DNA of 64,000 nt, taken from NCBI GenBank assembly GCA_028716565.1, contig JAQUPL010000006.1:32759-96758 (forward strand), given 5' to 3'. The notes under the pieces were generated by a model. The model was not told the origin of the DNA. It searched no databases and saw nothing but the letters and a program-made list of their open reading frames with translations. Shown here piece by piece: positions 1-12,177 of this stretch. Position 1 is the first letter of the stretch, and the number at the start of each line of letters is the position of its first letter. A program made the position numbers and the translations under genes. This DNA is from Candidatus Omnitrophota bacterium. Lineage in GTDB: Bacteria > Omnitrophota > Gorgyraeia > Pluralincolimonadales > Pluralincolimonadaceae.

Positions 1-687
1 TTTTTACTGACGAAGCGGCTTAAGGACACGAAGCACCTGGGCGAGAAGCACGAGATAGATTATAATTTTGATGTCCTGCGCGCGATCGGCATAGCCGCGA
101 AAGACAGGACGCTGTATATGCCGGTGAAGCCGGAATATGAAAGGGTTATCGACAGGTTTATGGCGTTAAACGACCTAGGCGTAAAGGATACCATCGTCGC
201 GGTGCATCCGGGCGCGAGCTGCCGGTCGAAACGCTGGGCGGCATACAGGTTCGGGCGCGTGGCCGACGAGCTTATCGACAAGCACAACGTTAAGATAGTG
301 ATAATCGGAGGGCCGTCGGATGTCAACACCGTAAAGGAGGTCGAAACAGGGATGCTCCAAAAGCCCCTGGTCCTGTCCGAAGAGCATTCGCTCGGCGAAG
401 TAGCCGCGCTGCTCAAAAAGTGCAAGCTCCTTATCTCCAACGATTCCGGGCCGGTCCATATAGCTGTTGCCGTAGGCACGCCCGTGGTCTCGATCTTCGG
501 CCGCCTCGACCCCGGCCTCTCGCCGCAGAGGTGGGGCCCGGTCGGACCGGACGACATCGTCATCCATAAGGATGTCGGATGCGAGGAGTGCCTCGCGCAC
601 AACTGCAAACTCAGCTTCAAATGCCTCGACGCCATCACAGTCGAGGAAGTCTTCTCCGCCGCCGAAAGCCTCCTCACAAAGACCTAA
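1..687 (+). CDS. Glycosyltransferase family 9 (LPS heptosyltransferase, RfaF/WaaC-like), 3' portion; ORF open to the window start
   Basis: Frame 1 has no stop from nt 1 to 687. The C-terminal GT9 fold is readable: 'KIVIIGGPSD...LISNDSGPVHIAVAVGTPVVSIFG'. hldD and hldE follow. Confidence 0.7.
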   Translation, partial: FLLTKRLKDTKHLGEKHEIDYNFDVLRAIGIAAKDRTLYMPVKPEYERVIDRFMALNDLGVKDTIVAVHPGASCRSKRWAAYRFGRVADELIDKHNVKIVIIGGPSDVNTVKEVETGMLQKPLVLSEEHSLGEVAALLKKCKLLISNDSGPVHIAVAVGTPVVSIFGRLDPGLSPQRWGPVGPDDIVIHKDVGCEECLAHNCKLSFKCLDAITVEEVFSAAESLLTKT

Positions 688-764
688 ATACTTCCGCCGG
701 CGGATATGAATTGACATACCGGCGGGTTGGTGGTAAACTTTGTAAGAACAAGGGGTTATCAATA

Positions 765-1682
765 ATGAAATTCCTGGTTACCGGAGCCGCCGGATTGATC
801 GGCTCCAACCTCGCAATAGAGCTCCAGAAACACGGCAAAGTCATCGCCTTGGACGACCTTTCGGAGGGGAAGAGGGAGAACCTCGCCCGCTACAAGGGCG
901 ATTTCATGCACGCCGACATCCGCAACGCGAATTACCCGAAATTCCTCAAAGAATGCGACGCCATATTCCATGAGGCCGCGATAACCGACACTACCGTGAC
1001 CGACAGGAACCTGATGTTCTCGGTTAACGTCGACGCCTTCAAGCGCCTCCTCATATACGCGAAATCCATAGGCTGCAAAAAGATAGTCTATGCTTCGAGC
1101 GCCGCGACTTACGGGAAAGGCAAAGTCCCGATGAAGGAGACCGACAGGCCTGCGCCGGCGAACATATACGGCGACAGCAAAGTCAGGATGGAACAGGCCG
1201 CGAAGGCCTTCGTGAAAGAAAACCCGGATTTCTCGGTCATCGGCCTGCGCTATTTCAACGTATACGGCCCGGGAGAGACGCACAAGAAAAAGGCGGCGAG
1301 CATGATATACCAGCTCTACCTGCAGATGGCGGCCGGGAAGAACCCGAGGATATTCAAGTGGGGCGAGCAGTACCGTGATTTCATATATGTCAAAGACGTG
1401 GTCGGCGCGAATTTGAAAGCCTTAAAATACGATAAGAGCGGCGTATTCAACGCCGGGACGGGCGCGCCGAATACTTTCAATAAAGTGATAGAAGTCCTGA
1501 ATAAGGCGATGAAAAAAGACCTGCGGCCGGAGTATTTCGACAACCCCTACGGTTTTTACCAGGACAGGACGCACGCGGATATGTCCTGGAGCAGGGCCGA
1601 GCTTAAATTCATCCCCCAATACAGCCTCGAAAAGGGGATAAAAGATTACGTATCCGTCCTCAAAAAAAAGAAAAGGCGCTGA
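765..1682 (+). CDS. hldD: ADP-L-glycero-D-manno-heptose 6-epimerase (NAD-dependent epimerase/dehydratase)
   Basis: N-terminal Rossmann motif 'MKFLVTGAAGLIGSNL'. The ATG at 765 follows 'aaggggttatcaata'. The listed ORF 579..1682 is the same frame extended upstream. Heptose/KDO gene context. Confidence 0.8.
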   Translation: MKFLVTGAAGLIGSNLAIELQKHGKVIALDDLSEGKRENLARYKGDFMHADIRNANYPKFLKECDAIFHEAAITDTTVTDRNLMFSVNVDAFKRLLIYAKSIGCKKIVYASSAATYGKGKVPMKETDRPAPANIYGDSKVRMEQAAKAFVKENPDFSVIGLRYFNVYGPGETHKKKAASMIYQLYLQMAAGKNPRIFKWGEQYRDFIYVKDVVGANLKALKYDKSGVFNAGTGAPNTFNKVIEVLNKAMKKDLRPEYFDNPYGFYQDRTHADMSWSRAELKFIPQYSLEKGIKDYVSVLKKKKRR

Positions 1683-1683
1683 T

Positions 1684-2688
1684 ATGTTAAAACATGACGA
1701 CCTCTCGAAAATAGAGCATACGATATCGAAATTTAACGGCGTGAAGATACTGGTCGTCGGCGACCTGATACTCGACGAGTTCATCTGGGGCGATTCATCG
1801 AGGATCTCGCCCGAGGCGCCGGTGCCTGTCGTCCTGGTCGAGCGCGAGTCGCTTATGCCGGGCGGCGCGGCTAACGTGGCGAACAATATCAGCGCGATAG
1901 GGGCCAAAGCGTATCTCACCGGGGTGATCGGTAAGGACGAGCATGGCAGGCAGCTCGAGACCATCCTGAAGAGGAAGGGCGTAAACCTCGAGGGCATCGT
2001 CTCGGATCCGGAGAGGCCCACGACATTGAAGACGAGGGTTGTCGCGCGCCACCAGCAGGTTGTGAGGATAGACCGGGAGAATTCAAGCCATTTGAGCGGG
2101 CCGGTCCATAAGGAGCTCGCGGATTACATAAAGGAAAAGATAAAAGAGGTTGACGGCATAATAATAGAGGATTACGGCAAGGGGGTCATAACCCCGGCCG
2201 TCCTGAAAGAGGTGATCCCGCTCGCGAAGAAACGCGGGAAAGTGATAGCCGTCGACCCGAAGGAAGAGCATATTTCATATTATAAAGGGGTGACCGTCAT
2301 AACTCCCAACCGCAAAGAGGCGGAGGCGATGGGTGGCATAAAGGCGTCGGATGACGCGTCATTGAACAGGCTGGGCCGGTCCCTCCTTCAGAGGTTAAAA
2401 CTGCAGGCTGCGCTGATCACATTGGGCGAGCAGGGCATGAGGCTCTTCGAGCGCGGAGGCAGGATAACGCATATCCCGACAGTCGCGCAGGAGGTATTTG
2501 ATGTATCAGGCGCCGGGGATACGGTGATCGCGGTCTTCGCTGCGGCCTTATGCGCCGGGGCGAAGATGATAGAGGCCGCGCATATTTCCAATTTCGCCGG
2601 AGGGATAGTAGTAGGCAAGGTCGGCGTCGCGACGACATCGCAGGCGGAATTGAAGGCGCGCATAAAAGACCACCATTGGCAGGCTTAA
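1684..2688 (+). CDS. hldE: D-glycero-beta-D-manno-heptose-7-phosphate kinase (PfkB-family, RfaE domain I only)
   Basis: PfkB carbohydrate kinase signatures ('ILVVGDLILDEF', 'DVSGAGDTV'). It lies between hldD and kdsB. No adenylyltransferase domain is fused. Confidence 0.75.
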   Translation: MLKHDDLSKIEHTISKFNGVKILVVGDLILDEFIWGDSSRISPEAPVPVVLVERESLMPGGAANVANNISAIGAKAYLTGVIGKDEHGRQLETILKRKGVNLEGIVSDPERPTTLKTRVVARHQQVVRIDRENSSHLSGPVHKELADYIKEKIKEVDGIIIEDYGKGVITPAVLKEVIPLAKKRGKVIAVDPKEEHISYYKGVTVITPNRKEAEAMGGIKASDDASLNRLGRSLLQRLKLQAALITLGEQGMRLFERGGRITHIPTVAQEVFDVSGAGDTVIAVFAAALCAGAKMIEAAHISNFAGGIVVGKVGVATTSQAELKARIKDHHWQA

Positions 2689-2691
2689 GTA

Positions 2692-5869
<3,178 letters not shown>

Positions 5870-5872
5870 GAT

Positions 5873-6829
5873 ATGATGAGGCGGGCTAAGGAAGTCCTTA
5901 AGATCGAGGCGGACGCTATTTCTTCGCTCATAAAGCGGGTCGACGCGAATTTCGAAAAGGCGGTCAAGCTCATGCTTGCCTGCAGGGGAAAGGTAGTCGT
6001 TACCGGAATGGGGAAACCCGGTTTTATCAGCGCGAAGATCTCGGCGACATTGTCGTCGACCGGGACGCCCAGCCTCTACCTGCATCCGGCCGACGCGATA
6101 CACGGAGACCTCGGCAGGGTCACGAAAGATGATGTCGTCCTGGCCATATCAAATTCGGGAGAGACTGAGGAGATAATAAGGCTCCTTCCCACTTTAAAGA
6201 AGATCGGCGCGAAGCTCATAGCAATGGTAGGGAATACTGAATCTTCGCTCGCGAGGTACAGCGATGTCGTGCTTAACGTTGCGGTCAAGAGGGAGGCGTG
6301 CCCCTTGAATCTTGCGCCTACTGCTTCGACGACAGCGATGCTCGCGATGGGAGACGCGCTCGCGATAGCCCTGCTCGACCGCCGCGGCTTTAGAGAGGAG
6401 GATTTCGCGTTCTATCACCCGGGCGGATCTATCGGCAAGAGGCTTATCTTGAAGGTCGGGGATATAATGAGGAAAGGCAAGGCAAACCCGGTAGTAAAAG
6501 ATGACGCGAAGGTAAAGGCCGTCCTCCTTAGAATAACCGAGGCGCGGGCCGGTTCAGCAAGCGTCGTGAACAAGAACGGCGTCCTAGTCGGCATATTCAC
6601 CGACGGCGACCTGAGGCGGCATCTGGGTAAGGACGCTGCGCTTCCCCTTAGGCAGGTCAGGGAGGTCATGACCAGGAACCCTATCACGATATCGGAAGAG
6701 ATGCTCGCCGCGGACGCGTTCCGGATCCTGCGCGAGAGGAAGATAGACGAAATACCGGTCGTCGACAATAAGAGGAAGCCCATAGGCCTTGTCGACGTGC
6801 AGGATCTCTTGAAGGCGGGGCTTGTTTAG
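5873..6829 (+). CDS. kdsD: Arabinose-5-phosphate isomerase (SIS domain + tandem CBS)
   Basis: SIS domain ('VVVTGMGKPGFISAKISATLSSTGTPS', 'AISNSGETEE') followed by CBS pairs. Sits between kdsA and kdsC. Confidence 0.85.
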   Translation: MMRRAKEVLKIEADAISSLIKRVDANFEKAVKLMLACRGKVVVTGMGKPGFISAKISATLSSTGTPSLYLHPADAIHGDLGRVTKDDVVLAISNSGETEEIIRLLPTLKKIGAKLIAMVGNTESSLARYSDVVLNVAVKREACPLNLAPTASTTAMLAMGDALAIALLDRRGFREEDFAFYHPGGSIGKRLILKVGDIMRKGKANPVVKDDAKVKAVLLRITEARAGSASVVNKNGVLVGIFTDGDLRRHLGKDAALPLRQVREVMTRNPITISEEMLAADAFRILRERKIDEIPVVDNKRKPIGLVDVQDLLKAGLV

Positions 6830-6830
6830 T

Positions 6831-7328
6831 ATGGATATCCGGGAAAGGGCCGCCAAGATAAAGCTGCTTATCCTGGACGTCGACGGGGTCATGACAGACG
6901 GCAAGATAATATACGACAACTACGGCGACGAGTTCAAGGCGTTCGACGTTCAAGATGGGTATGGCCTGACCCTCTGGTGGAGGGCCGGCCTGAAGTCCGC
7001 GATAGTGACCGCCAAGAAATCCCGCATAGTCTCCCGCAGGGCAAAGATCTGCCATATCACCAAGGCCTTTATGAACGTGAAAGACAAGGGCGCGGTCTAT
7101 GAAAAGATCCTCAGGATATTCAAACTTACCGATGAAGAGGCGTGCTTTATCGGTGACGACCTGATAGATATGCCGATCATGAAGCGCGCCGGCCTCGCCG
7201 TCGCAGTCCCTTACAGCAGGCCCGAGGTCAAATCAGCCGCCCATTACACCACGAATGCCGGAAGCGGCCGCGGCGCGATACGCGAGCTTATAGAGATCAT
7301 CCTCAAGGCCCAGAATAAATGGCCGTAA
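6831..7328 (+). CDS. kdsC: KDO 8-phosphate phosphatase (HAD superfamily)
   Basis: 'LLILDVDGVMTDGKIIY' and 'FIGDDLIDMP' are HAD motifs. The listed ORF starts at a TTG at 6822; the ATG at 6831 is the likelier start. Confidence 0.85.
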   Translation: MDIRERAAKIKLLILDVDGVMTDGKIIYDNYGDEFKAFDVQDGYGLTLWWRAGLKSAIVTAKKSRIVSRRAKICHITKAFMNVKDKGAVYEKILRIFKLTDEEACFIGDDLIDMPIMKRAGLAVAVPYSRPEVKSAAHYTTNAGSGRGAIRELIEIILKAQNKWP

Positions 7329-7349
7329 TAGGCCCCAGCCCAAAATACG

Positions 7350-7378
7350 TTGACAAAAAAATCCCGCTCACGTATACT
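7350..7378 (+). promoter_or_regulatory. Consensus sigma70-type promoter (TTGACA, 17 nt spacer, TATACT) upstream of the gspE operon
   Basis: Read directly: TTGACA at 7350-7355, a 17-nt spacer, TATACT at 7373-7378. This is in the 111-nt intergenic region after kdsC. Confidence 0.6.
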
Positions 7379-7445
7379 ATTTAATCGGAATAAGTTAACA
7401 ATTTAAAAAGTCGTAAAAAAGCAGCCCTTCTTACAAGGAGTGGTG

Positions 7446-9143
7446 ATGCCGAAGGGAGAGAAGAAGTCTCTTGGCGAAGCTCTGGTCGAGCGCGGCCTTG
7501 TTACTCCGGAGAAGCTCAAGAAGGCTAAGGAGGAGGCCGACAAGACAAAAGAGCCACTTCGCCGTGTCCTGACAAGGCTCGGCATGGTCGAAGAGGACGC
7601 CATCATCTCCTTTTTCGAACAGCAGCTCGGCATCCCGCGCATAGATTTCTCGAATTATTTCATCGACCCCAAAGTCATCGATATCCTCCCCGAAAATTTC
7701 TGCAGAAAGAACATGATCCTTCCTTTATTCAAGATCGGAGGGACCCTTACCATCGCCATGGTAGACCCGCTGGATATCTTTGCCCTGGACGAAGCCCACC
7801 TTAAGGCCAAATGCGAAGTGGAACCTGTCGTCGTCCCGGAGAAGGAACTTATAAGGGCCTTCGACCAGTATTACGGCGCGCGCGGGACGATGGATGATAT
7901 CGTAAAATCCGTCGATAAAGATAAATTTCAGATAAAAGAAGGCGCGGAATCCGACCTCAAGGCCCTGCAGGGGCTAGTCGAGGAGGCGCCGATAGTCAAG
8001 CTCGTGAATCTCCTGATAAGCGAGGCGATAAAGGCCGGGGCCTCGGATATACACATAGAACCCGACGAGATCTTCCTGGGGACGAGATACAGGGTTGACG
8101 GCGTCCTGCACGAGGTCATGTCCCCGCCGAAAGACCTCCAGTCGGCGATAATATCGAGGATAAAGATCCTCTCGGGAATGGATATCGCGGAGAAGAGGGT
8201 CCCGCAGGACGGGAGGTTCCAGCTGAAGATCGAGAACCGCCAGATAGACTGCAGGGTCTCCACTATTCCCACCGTTTACGGTGAAAATGTGGTCATGAGG
8301 CTCCTCGACCTGAACAGCATCCTCTTGGGGTTGAGCGAACTCGGTTTCTCCCGTGAGATGCTTAACGTATACGAGAAACTTATACGCAGGCCTTACGGCA
8401 TAATACTCGTGACCGGCCCGACCGGCTCCGGCAAGACGACCACGCTATACTCGTCGTTGAGCACCATAAATTCCCCGGAAAAGAATATCGTGACGATAGA
8501 AGACCCGATCGAATACAGGTTGAAGCTCGTGCGGCAGATGCAGATAAATACGAAGGCCGGGCTCACTTTCGCAAACGGCCTGCGTTCCATCCTCCGGCAG
8601 GACCCGGACATCATAATGGTAGGCGAGATCCGCGACCTCGACACCGCCGAGGTCGCGATACAGGCGGCGCTTACCGGCCATCTCGTATTATCTACGCTCC
8701 ATACCAACGACGCTCCCGGCGCGGTCGCGCGCCTGGTGGACATGGGCGTCGAACCGTTCTTGGTCAGCTCTTCGGTGCTGGCCGTCATAGCCCAGAGGCT
8801 CGTCCGCGTCATATGCAAGGATTGCAGGGAGAACTACGTTCCCTCCGCTAAATTATTGGAAGAAGTGGGCCTGTCATCATCGAAACAGGTAAAGTTTTAC
8901 CGCGGCAGGGGCTGCGACAAGTGCCTGCATACCGGGTATAAAGGCAGGGTCGGCATATTCGAATTGATGCAGCCCGACGACGCGATAAGGGCGCTTACCG
9001 TCGCAAAAGCCTCTTCCACAGAGATAAGGAAGGCCGCCATCAAGAGCGGCATGAAGACGATGCAGGAGGACGGCATAGAGAAGGTCAAGGCCGGCATAAC
9101 TACCCTCGAGGAAGTCATGAGGGTGACCCAGCAGGAAGGATAA
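7446..9143 (+). CDS. gspE: Type II secretion / type IV pilus assembly ATPase (GspE/PilB family)
   Basis: An N-terminal GSPII_E N domain, then Walker A 'GPTGSGKTTTLYS' and tetracysteine 'CKDC...CDKC'. RBS AAGGAG at 7435-7440; the ATG at 7446 is preferred over the GTGs at 7440 and 7443. Confidence 0.9.
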   Translation: MPKGEKKSLGEALVERGLVTPEKLKKAKEEADKTKEPLRRVLTRLGMVEEDAIISFFEQQLGIPRIDFSNYFIDPKVIDILPENFCRKNMILPLFKIGGTLTIAMVDPLDIFALDEAHLKAKCEVEPVVVPEKELIRAFDQYYGARGTMDDIVKSVDKDKFQIKEGAESDLKALQGLVEEAPIVKLVNLLISEAIKAGASDIHIEPDEIFLGTRYRVDGVLHEVMSPPKDLQSAIISRIKILSGMDIAEKRVPQDGRFQLKIENRQIDCRVSTIPTVYGENVVMRLLDLNSILLGLSELGFSREMLNVYEKLIRRPYGIILVTGPTGSGKTTTLYSSLSTINSPEKNIVTIEDPIEYRLKLVRQMQINTKAGLTFANGLRSILRQDPDIIMVGEIRDLDTAEVAIQAALTGHLVLSTLHTNDAPGAVARLVDMGVEPFLVSSSVLAVIAQRLVRVICKDCRENYVPSAKLLEEVGLSSSKQVKFYRGRGCDKCLHTGYKGRVGIFELMQPDDAIRALTVAKASSTEIRKAAIKSGMKTMQEDGIEKVKAGITTLEEVMRVTQQEG

Positions 9144-9145
9144 GC

Positions 9146-10360
9146 ATGTCCTTATACCGCTATAAGGCGAGAGACGAATCGGGGAAATTCGTGGAGGGGG
9201 TGATGGAAGCCCCGGCAGAAGCCGATCTCGTCGAAAAACTCCGCAAGATGGGATACGTGATAACCGGGGTCTCGATCGCCTCCGGCAGATTTTCTGTCGG
9301 CGACTTTATCGGCGGGTTCGGGGGCATAAAACCCGAGGATATGATCTTTTTTAATATCCAGTTATCGAATATGCTCGAAGCGGGGTTGCCCCTGCTGACA
9401 TCGCTTAGGACCATCTCCGCGCAGACGGAGAACAGGAGGCTTAAAAAATTACTGGAAGACGTCACGGTCAAGGTGGAGACAGGTTCTTCGTTCTCCGAGG
9501 CGCTTACGGCCCACCCGCTGGCTTTTCCCAGGCTCACGATAAGCATGGTCAAGGCGGGCGAGGCGAGCGGCAACCTCTCCCTCGTGTTGAAGAGGCTGGC
9601 CGATTTCGGCGAGAACGAGATGGACCTTAGGCAGAAGGTCAGCGGCGCGTTATTGTATCCCGCGGTCCTGTCCGTAGCCGCGGCCGTCGTCATATTATTC
9701 ATAGTCACGTTCATAATACCGAAGTTCGCGGATATATTCTTGCGGGCAAATATCCCGCTCCCGATCGTCACGCGCATACTCTACGGCGCGGGGATGGCGA
9801 TAAAGGATTACTGGTACATTTTCGTCCTTGGCCTGACCGCGCTTTTCCTGGCCGCGCGTATCTACGCGGATACCCGCGGAGGGCGCTTCAAGGTCGACGC
9901 CCTTAAACTTTCCGTCCCGGTGGTCGGTCCGCTCATCCGCAAGGCGGCCATAGCCAGGTTCGCCCGGATGCTCTCCACGCTTTCGGCGAGCGGCGTGGAT
10001 ATACTCGAATCGCTGGAGATACTCGAGGCGACTATCGGCAACGAGGTTTTGTCGCGCGTGGTCGCGAAAGCGCGCGAGGCGGTGCGCGGCGGGAGCAAGA
10101 TATCAGAGCCGCTTAAAGCGAGCGCGGAGTTCCCTCCGGATACGGTCCAGATGATCGCGGCAGGCGAAGAGACCGGCAACCTCGACATAATGCTGAATAA
10201 GGTCGCCGATCTCTACGAGGCGGCTGTCGCTTACCACATAAAGAGGCTCACGTCCCTTCTCGAGCCGGCATTTTTATTGATAATGGGTAGTGTCGTGGCC
10301 GTCATCATGGCCTCGATACTGGTTCCGATGTTCGATTTAGTAAAAGTACTAAGAAAATAA
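9146..10360 (+). CDS. gspF: Type II secretion system inner-membrane platform protein (GspF/PilC family)
   Basis: ~400 aa polytopic protein with the duplicated GspF domain architecture ('LSNMLEAGLPLL', 'AAGEETGNLD'). Confidence 0.85.
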   Translation: MSLYRYKARDESGKFVEGVMEAPAEADLVEKLRKMGYVITGVSIASGRFSVGDFIGGFGGIKPEDMIFFNIQLSNMLEAGLPLLTSLRTISAQTENRRLKKLLEDVTVKVETGSSFSEALTAHPLAFPRLTISMVKAGEASGNLSLVLKRLADFGENEMDLRQKVSGALLYPAVLSVAAAVVILFIVTFIIPKFADIFLRANIPLPIVTRILYGAGMAIKDYWYIFVLGLTALFLAARIYADTRGGRFKVDALKLSVPVVGPLIRKAAIARFARMLSTLSASGVDILESLEILEATIGNEVLSRVVAKAREAVRGGSKISEPLKASAEFPPDTVQMIAAGEETGNLDIMLNKVADLYEAAVAYHIKRLTSLLEPAFLLIMGSVVAVIMASILVPMFDLVKVLRK

Positions 10361-10389
10361 GTGGTAGATGATTAACATCTGCCGCGAAT

Positions 10390-10411
10390 GGTAGACGCTA
10401 GAGCGTCTACC
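10390..10411. promoter_or_regulatory. Perfect 10-bp inverted repeat (GGTAGACGCT-ag-AGCGTCTACC) in the gspF-gspG intergenic region
   Basis: Read directly from the sequence. No T-tract follows it. Confidence 0.5.
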
Positions 10412-10428
10412 GGAAAGGGGGAAGTAAG

Positions 10429-10884
10429 ATGAGGAAGGGGTTTACGCTTGTAGAACTTCTTATCGTCATCATGGTCATCGCGATATTAATAGGCATCGCG
10501 TTGCCGAGGTTCGGAGGCATGCGCGACGAGGGCAACACGACCAAGGCCTCCGCGGAGTTGAGGACGTTGCAGGCAGCGGTCGAATCGTGGTATATGCACC
10601 GCAACCCGCATACGTATCCGGCTGCGGGCGGCAGCTGGGAGACCCAGTTAACGACGGCCATCCCGCAGATACTCGGATCTGTTCTGTATGACCCGTTCGG
10701 CGCCTCGGCGACGACGCAGTACAGATATGCGGTCAGCGGCGCCTATTATGTGATCTGGTCTCTCGGCCCCAACAGGACGGCTACGATAACAGGTATCAGC
10801 AACACGGGAACGGTTAATCCCGCAGGCGCGACAGGCGATGATATCTTCGTCTCAAACGGGACTCCGGGTTCAGGAGGTTTTTAG
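10429..10884 (+). CDS. gspG: Major pseudopilin (GspG-like) with a prepilin-type N-terminal methylation motif
   Basis: Leader 'MRKG|FTLVELLIV' with Glu at +5. A GspG-like C-terminal region ('YDPFG...SLGPN'). Confidence 0.8.
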   Translation: MRKGFTLVELLIVIMVIAILIGIALPRFGGMRDEGNTTKASAELRTLQAAVESWYMHRNPHTYPAAGGSWETQLTTAIPQILGSVLYDPFGASATTQYRYAVSGAYYVIWSLGPNRTATITGISNTGTVNPAGATGDDIFVSNGTPGSGGF

Positions 10885-10887
10885 CTT

Positions 10888-11259
10888 TTGGCCAAGGTCG
10901 GCGCGCGCGGTTTTACGCTGATAGAGATCCTGATCGTGATCGCGCTTTTCGCGGCCGGCGCGGTAGTGCTGCTGCAAATATTAAGTATGGGCATTTACGG
11001 CAGCGTCGAGAACGAGAATACGGTGCTCGCTACCGCGCTTGCGCAGGTGAAGATGGAAGAGATGCGCAACGTCCCGTATGCCTCGATAGTCCCCGAGGCG
11101 AGGACGATAGCAGGCAGCCCTTACACGTTATTTGATATGGAGGTCCTGGTCCTGGGCGCTAAACCGAACCTTAAACAGGTAACGGTCAATATCTATTGTA
11201 GGCAAAGGTCGGGAGACGTGAAGATATCCTTAGTCACGTATGTCTCGGATGTCAATTAG
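10888..11259 (+). CDS. Minor pseudopilin (GspI-like), prepilin-type N-terminus
   Basis: 'G|FTLIEILIVIALF' with Glu+5; ~120 aa. TTG start; the exact start is uncertain. Confidence 0.65.
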   Translation: MAKVGARGFTLIEILIVIALFAAGAVVLLQILSMGIYGSVENENTVLATALAQVKMEEMRNVPYASIVPEARTIAGSPYTLFDMEVLVLGAKPNLKQVTVNIYCRQRSGDVKISLVTYVSDVN

Positions 11260-11761
11260 GGACGGGCGCGGCCTCACCCTGATAGAGGTCGTCTTTAATA
11301 TGGCGCTCGTTTCCGTTTTAATGTGCGCCATAGCCCTTACTTATATGGTCGGGTTAAGGGTATTGGGCGAAGAAATGACGAGGGGCGGCTTCATTAAAGA
11401 TATATCTTACGGACTGAATACTATGTCATGCGACCTGAGGCAGGCCACGTCTTTTATAGCGCCGACGGACACCCGCAGCCTGACTTTCCTCGCGGATGTC
11501 GACGGCGACGGCAGTCAGGAGACTATCCGTTACCGGCTGTCGCGCGGCAACCTGCTGCGCACGCAGGACGGCGCCGGGGCGCCGGTGGTGGCGCGGAACG
11601 TCCAGTCGCTGGCGTTCAGGTATTACAGGCCCGATGATAACACCAACCCGATGCGCGTGATAGTCCCGTCCCAGATAAGGGTCGTGGAGATCGACCTGAC
11701 ATTTGCGAGCGGGGCGGAATCGATCCAATTCACGGCTAAAGTCAGGCCGAGGGGCATATGA
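11240..11761 (+). CDS. Minor pseudopilin (GspJ/PilW-like), prepilin-type N-terminus
   Basis: 'G|LTLIEVVFNMALVSVL' with Glu+5. An alternative ATG start lies at 11249. Confidence 0.6.
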   Translation: MSRMSIRDGRGLTLIEVVFNMALVSVLMCAIALTYMVGLRVLGEEMTRGGFIKDISYGLNTMSCDLRQATSFIAPTDTRSLTFLADVDGDGSQETIRYRLSRGNLLRTQDGAGAPVVARNVQSLAFRYYRPDDNTNPMRVIVPSQIRVVEIDLTFASGAESIQFTAKVRPRGI

Positions 11762-12177
11762 GAGGGCGTGGTTTCGCGCTGATAGTAACGTTTGTGTTTA
11801 TGACGGCCCTCGCCGTCATGACGATGGCTATAATATCCATGGTCTCTTCCAATACAAGGTCCGCCGGATTTCAGCTTGACGATACGAAGGCGTTATATCT
11901 GGCCCAGGCAGGCGTTGACAATATATTGAGCGATGTGCGGGCCGGGCGTCCGGTAGCGGCCGTTCCCGCGCCCATACCGCTCGGCGACGGGACGGTCGAG
12001 TATGTAGCGGTCACACGCGTTTCCGATACGTTAACTATCGATGTGCGGGGCAAGATGCCTCTGGACCGCCCCGCATCAGGGAAAGAGGTAAAAGCGCGCC
12101 TCGTCGCTGTCTATACGGACGACGGAAGCGGCAAGTTCCTTGCATGCTCTTCCTGGAAAGAGAGTTACGAGCAATGA
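11758..12177 (+). CDS. Minor pseudopilin (GspK-like; lacks Glu+5)
   Basis: 'MRGRG|FALIVTFVFMTALAV' has a hydrophobic N-terminus without Glu at +5, as is typical of GspK. Confidence 0.5.
   Translation: MRGRGFALIVTFVFMTALAVMTMAIISMVSSNTRSAGFQLDDTKALYLAQAGVDNILSDVRAGRPVAAVPAPIPLGDGTVEYVAVTRVSDTLTIDVRGKMPLDRPASGKEVKARLVAVYTDDGSGKFLACSSWKESYEQ

Noticed and set aside
579-764. Upstream extension of the hldD ORF (listed as 579..1682)
   Set aside because: The extension overlaps the end of the heptosyltransferase gene and translates to Arg/His-rich junk. The Rossmann motif begins right after the ATG at 765.
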